A stretch of 64,000 nt of DNA from contig JAQOWU010000008.1 of NCBI GenBank assembly GCA_030867685.1, forward strand, positions 4,030,001-4,094,000, written 5' to 3'. The notes beneath the pieces were generated by a model. That model had not been told where the DNA came from, searched no databases, and was given only the letters and a program-made list of their open reading frames with translations. Numbering within the stretch: position 1 is the stretch's first letter; each line of letters begins with the position of its first letter. The stretch comes from Wickerhamiella versatilis (lineage: Eukaryota). Below are positions 61,210 through 64,000 of this stretch, in pieces. A program made the translations under genes and the position numbers.

Positions 61210-63825
61210 CTAGTAATCAATGCTTGATTTCGACGACTCAGGACTTGGTGTAGTGCTACTAGATTGCTCTGACAGCTCAGATGCAGGCACCGCGTGATCT
61301 GATGGTGATGCCCAGGGTGCCTTGGGGACATTAGGCGTGGTGGTTCCTAGCTTGTGGCCGTCTCCCGGAAATCGACCCTCGCTCGCATTATTAGATTCAT
61401 CAGGCATTTCCTCGTCCTGTGTATCGTGCACTTCTGGCTTCGGCGCACGGGATGCTTCAATTGCCTCTTCGAAAGAATCAGATATTTTGCCAAGATTACT
61501 ATCCGAACGACGACGGTAAAAAAGAAGGTATGCTGCACTGGACTCCAGCTCCCTTGTATCTTCAACGGGTGTAACACGGCTGTCGTCATACAGGTACCAC
61601 TGTTGGTCTGCCGAATTCAAAACATAAGATGTGTAGTGCCCGCCACCCATGCCACCGTAGTGGTTATCAACGGCAAAGAGATCATAAACGGGGCCTTTGG
61701 CTGAGGCATTACCACCCAAGTGCTTTCCTATGTCCCATCCAGAAAGCGGGAATGTTACTTGGTCAGTAACTTTCCTGGCTGTTCCTTCGCTGAATCTTTT
61801 AAGGTGTATCATAATCACATCAGGAACACGCCACAATTGCATTTGCTTGCGTGCTTGACGTAGGTCGCGGCACTTCGAGCAATACCAAAGATCATACTCG
61901 CCAAGAACTTCAGGTTGTGAAAATTTAGCAACACAGGCATCGAGGGATGTTCCTGCCTGGGAATTTCTTCTGGCAGCATCGGCTTCTGGGTTGGATACGA
62001 CTTTTGGTTCGTGCAACTTTAAGCTTGCCAAGTCTATAACTAGACCTTCACCCGGTTTCAGCTGTCCACTCGAAGCCTCTGGGCTTTTCTCATGCGAAGT
62101 TCTAGGGCATTCAGGGGAATTGCTGATATCTGAGATAGGTGAAGACGACGAAGACGCTCCATCCCCGATAGTTTCATCAGTGTGGGGCAGTTCCGAGGCA
62201 GGTTGAGATGCCTGTGCAGGGGGAGGGGGCGAGAGACACTCAATTGACTGGCTCAGGTCAAGAGGGCTCGGCATATTGTTTTCCAGCCTCTCAACTTCCG
62301 AAGGCGATGGCGGACTATCAAGTAATCTTAGTTCATGGGTTTCAGTGCTTGACACATACAACGCGTTAACCGGTCCGGTGTCTGCATATTTTTTCAATTG
62401 TGATATGACAGGATAATGCATAATTTCTGTTGATAACAGGCTCCTCGAAGATATAAAAAAAGGTAACCCTTCATATGCCTTGTTTACCCTTATATAGACA
62501 CTGACTGGATCTTCCGGCACCTCATATGCAACCAAATAGTCATTTTTATCTATAGATTCAGCTAGCAATGCGGAATCCGGGAATTCATTGTAAATTTTGT
62601 GTTGCCAAATATCCGTGACCTTTAAATTACCTGAAATCCCTGTAAGCCGCTGTACTTGCATCTTAAGGTCTTCGACAGTGTCAAGGGGCTCGAGTACAAC
62701 ATCGAGGGACAGGATACCACCATTGAAAGGCAATACTGTGACGTGATGCATCCACACATTGGAGCTGGGTAGAGGCAACGTAAGATTCAGGAATGGGTCG
62801 AAGGTGATAGAAACTTTATCACATTCGGGGCAGACTAGTGTGGATTTATACATACCAGTGAAAAGATCTTGGATAGCAGAATCATTTCTCAAGCAGTGTG
62901 ACTCCCAGCATTTCTTTGCTAAATCCGAAACTTCTTCAGTGGTCGCACGCGAATCTTCAGGGAGTTCTGGTTTGGTTGTCGCTGGCTTGTCTACGACTCG
63001 ATTGAGATCCTCATGCAGGCTGTCCAGCAACCACGAGAAAAATTCTTGAGAGTCTTGCTGAAAATATCCAGCAAATGCTCTGTTATAGTGCCCTATTGTA
63101 GCTTTAAACTGGAGAGGCGAGACTCTATATGCATCAGAGTTGCCATATAAATCCTTGAGAAGATCTGCAAACACTCGGGCAACATTGCCACCATAGCCTA
63201 TAGGGTTAGATGGATTCACATCTTTCTCATAGTGCCCACTCAAAAAGTAAGCAACGAGCTCATTAACATGGGATATACATTGTAGAGCAGAGTTCATATA
63301 GCACGTGTTGCCCAAATTAGATAGTCCTTTGCATCCAGCTGGTTCAATATTCACGGACATTACACCGTGAACCGTTTCCTGGGTTGGATCATTTACACGT
63401 CTCCCATCAATATACAAGATATCACCAGGATTTCTTGTAATCAATTCATCAAGGGTGCGCCCCGGTGTGCTCGTGATAATAGTTTTCTTGAGCCCATTGT
63501 CTAAAGTGCAATGAACTACTGCAACGTCCTCCGCCAAACCATACCAATCTTTCAGTTGTGAGAATGCAAAGTCAGAGACTTCTGGTCCCTGCCCAAGTCT
63601 AAGCGGTTCCATTGGGGTGGTTCGATCTGGGTTTTTGAACGCGTCCCACCAAGGCTGAGATACTCGAAGAGAATTTACACCATCAGTGACAGGTTCGATA
63701 GCGACTCGACGGTCCTGTTCAATAGAGGCACTATTTTCTAAGTGGTTTGTTGCCTCACCCCCTGCATCTTGTGATGGTGGTGGATCTATGCGGGAGAAAC
63801 GTCGTTTGCTTCCCGCGGAATCCAT
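61210..63825 (-). CDS. UBP12: USP-family deubiquitinase, Ubp12-like
   Basis: Cys box GLSNLGNTCYMNSALQC, QQDSQEF, HEDLNR, WYCSKC, His box HYGGMGGGHYT. Confidence 0.88.
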   Translation of the reverse strand: MDSAGSKRRFSRIDPPPSQDAGGEATNHLENSASIEQDRRVAIEPVTDGVNSLRVSQPWWDAFKNPDRTTPMEPLRLGQGPEVSDFAFSQLKDWYGLAEDVAVVHCTLDNGLKKTIITSTPGRTLDELITRNPGDILYIDGRRVNDPTQETVHGVMSVNIEPAGCKGLSNLGNTCYMNSALQCISHVNELVAYFLSGHYEKDVNPSNPIGYGGNVARVFADLLKDLYGNSDAYRVSPLQFKATIGHYNRAFAGYFQQDSQEFFSWLLDSLHEDLNRVVDKPATTKPELPEDSRATTEEVSDLAKKCWESHCLRNDSAIQDLFTGMYKSTLVCPECDKVSITFDPFLNLTLPLPSSNVWMHHVTVLPFNGGILSLDVVLEPLDTVEDLKMQVQRLTGISGNLKVTDIWQHKIYNEFPDSALLAESIDKNDYLVAYEVPEDPVSVYIRVNKAYEGLPFFISSRSLLSTEIMHYPVISQLKKYADTGPVNALYVSSTETHELRLLDSPPSPSEVERLENNMPSPLDLSQSIECLSPPPPAQASQPASELPHTDETIGDGASSSSSPISDISNSPECPRTSHEKSPEASSGQLKPGEGLVIDLASLKLHEPKVVSNPEADAARRNSQAGTSLDACVAKFSQPEVLGEYDLWYCSKCRDLRQARKQMQLWRVPDVIMIHLKRFSEGTARKVTDQVTFPLSGWDIGKHLGGNASAKGPVYDLFAVDNHYGGMGGGHYTSYVLNSADQQWYLYDDSRVTPVEDTRELESSAAYLLFYRRRSDSNLGKISDSFEEAIEASRAPKPEVHDTQDEEMPDESNNASEGRFPGDGHKLGTTTPNVPKAPWASPSDHAVPASELSEQSSSTTPSPESSKSSIDY

Positions 63826-64000
63826 GCTTACGAATCGTGAATGCTGGTGTGTGTGTATCTTTAAAATTGTCACCGGCTGCTAATTCATAACTTTTCTAAT
63901 GACTAATTTTCATATCCAGCTAAATGTACTGGAGATGTGGTATTGTCCTAAGGGCTTAGCGTAGTACCATCATTTTTGGCGTATTTGACATCAAGGGAGG

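Overview
This is gene-dense, intron-poor eukaryotic DNA from a budding yeast, not a prokaryote. The compact proteins, very short spacers, bacterial-type genes and a sophorolipid-MDR-like transporter suggest the Wickerhamiella/Starmerella clade (inference). There are about 38 protein-coding genes, mostly conserved housekeeping genes: SYP1-like, MAK16, LTE1, TWF1 (one intron), SFC1, VAC7, TSA1, CCR4, QDR-type MFS, NTG, MED15, ECM31, EHT1-family, REV7, PMS1, RFC2, URB2, UTP18, FRE, RRP14, Nudix, NTE1, LSM3, MRPL4, IMP2, CNE1, ABCB, POT1, CHY-finger and UBP12. Highlights: (1) a bacterial-type thiamine-salvage operon remnant, with a ThiM-ThiE fusion in non-fungal domain order followed by stand-alone ThiD, whose spacers carry eukaryotic promoter-like motifs; (2) a bacterial QorA-like quinone oxidoreductase; (3) a frameshifted nucleoside-hydrolase (URH1-like) pseudogene missing from the ORF track, preceded by a faint TPP-riboswitch-like relic; (4) a sophorolipid-MDR-like transporter with no biosynthetic cluster; (5) recurrent ATG-proximal promoter motifs. 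All family assignments come from recognising motifs by eye and from recalled sequences; no searches were run.
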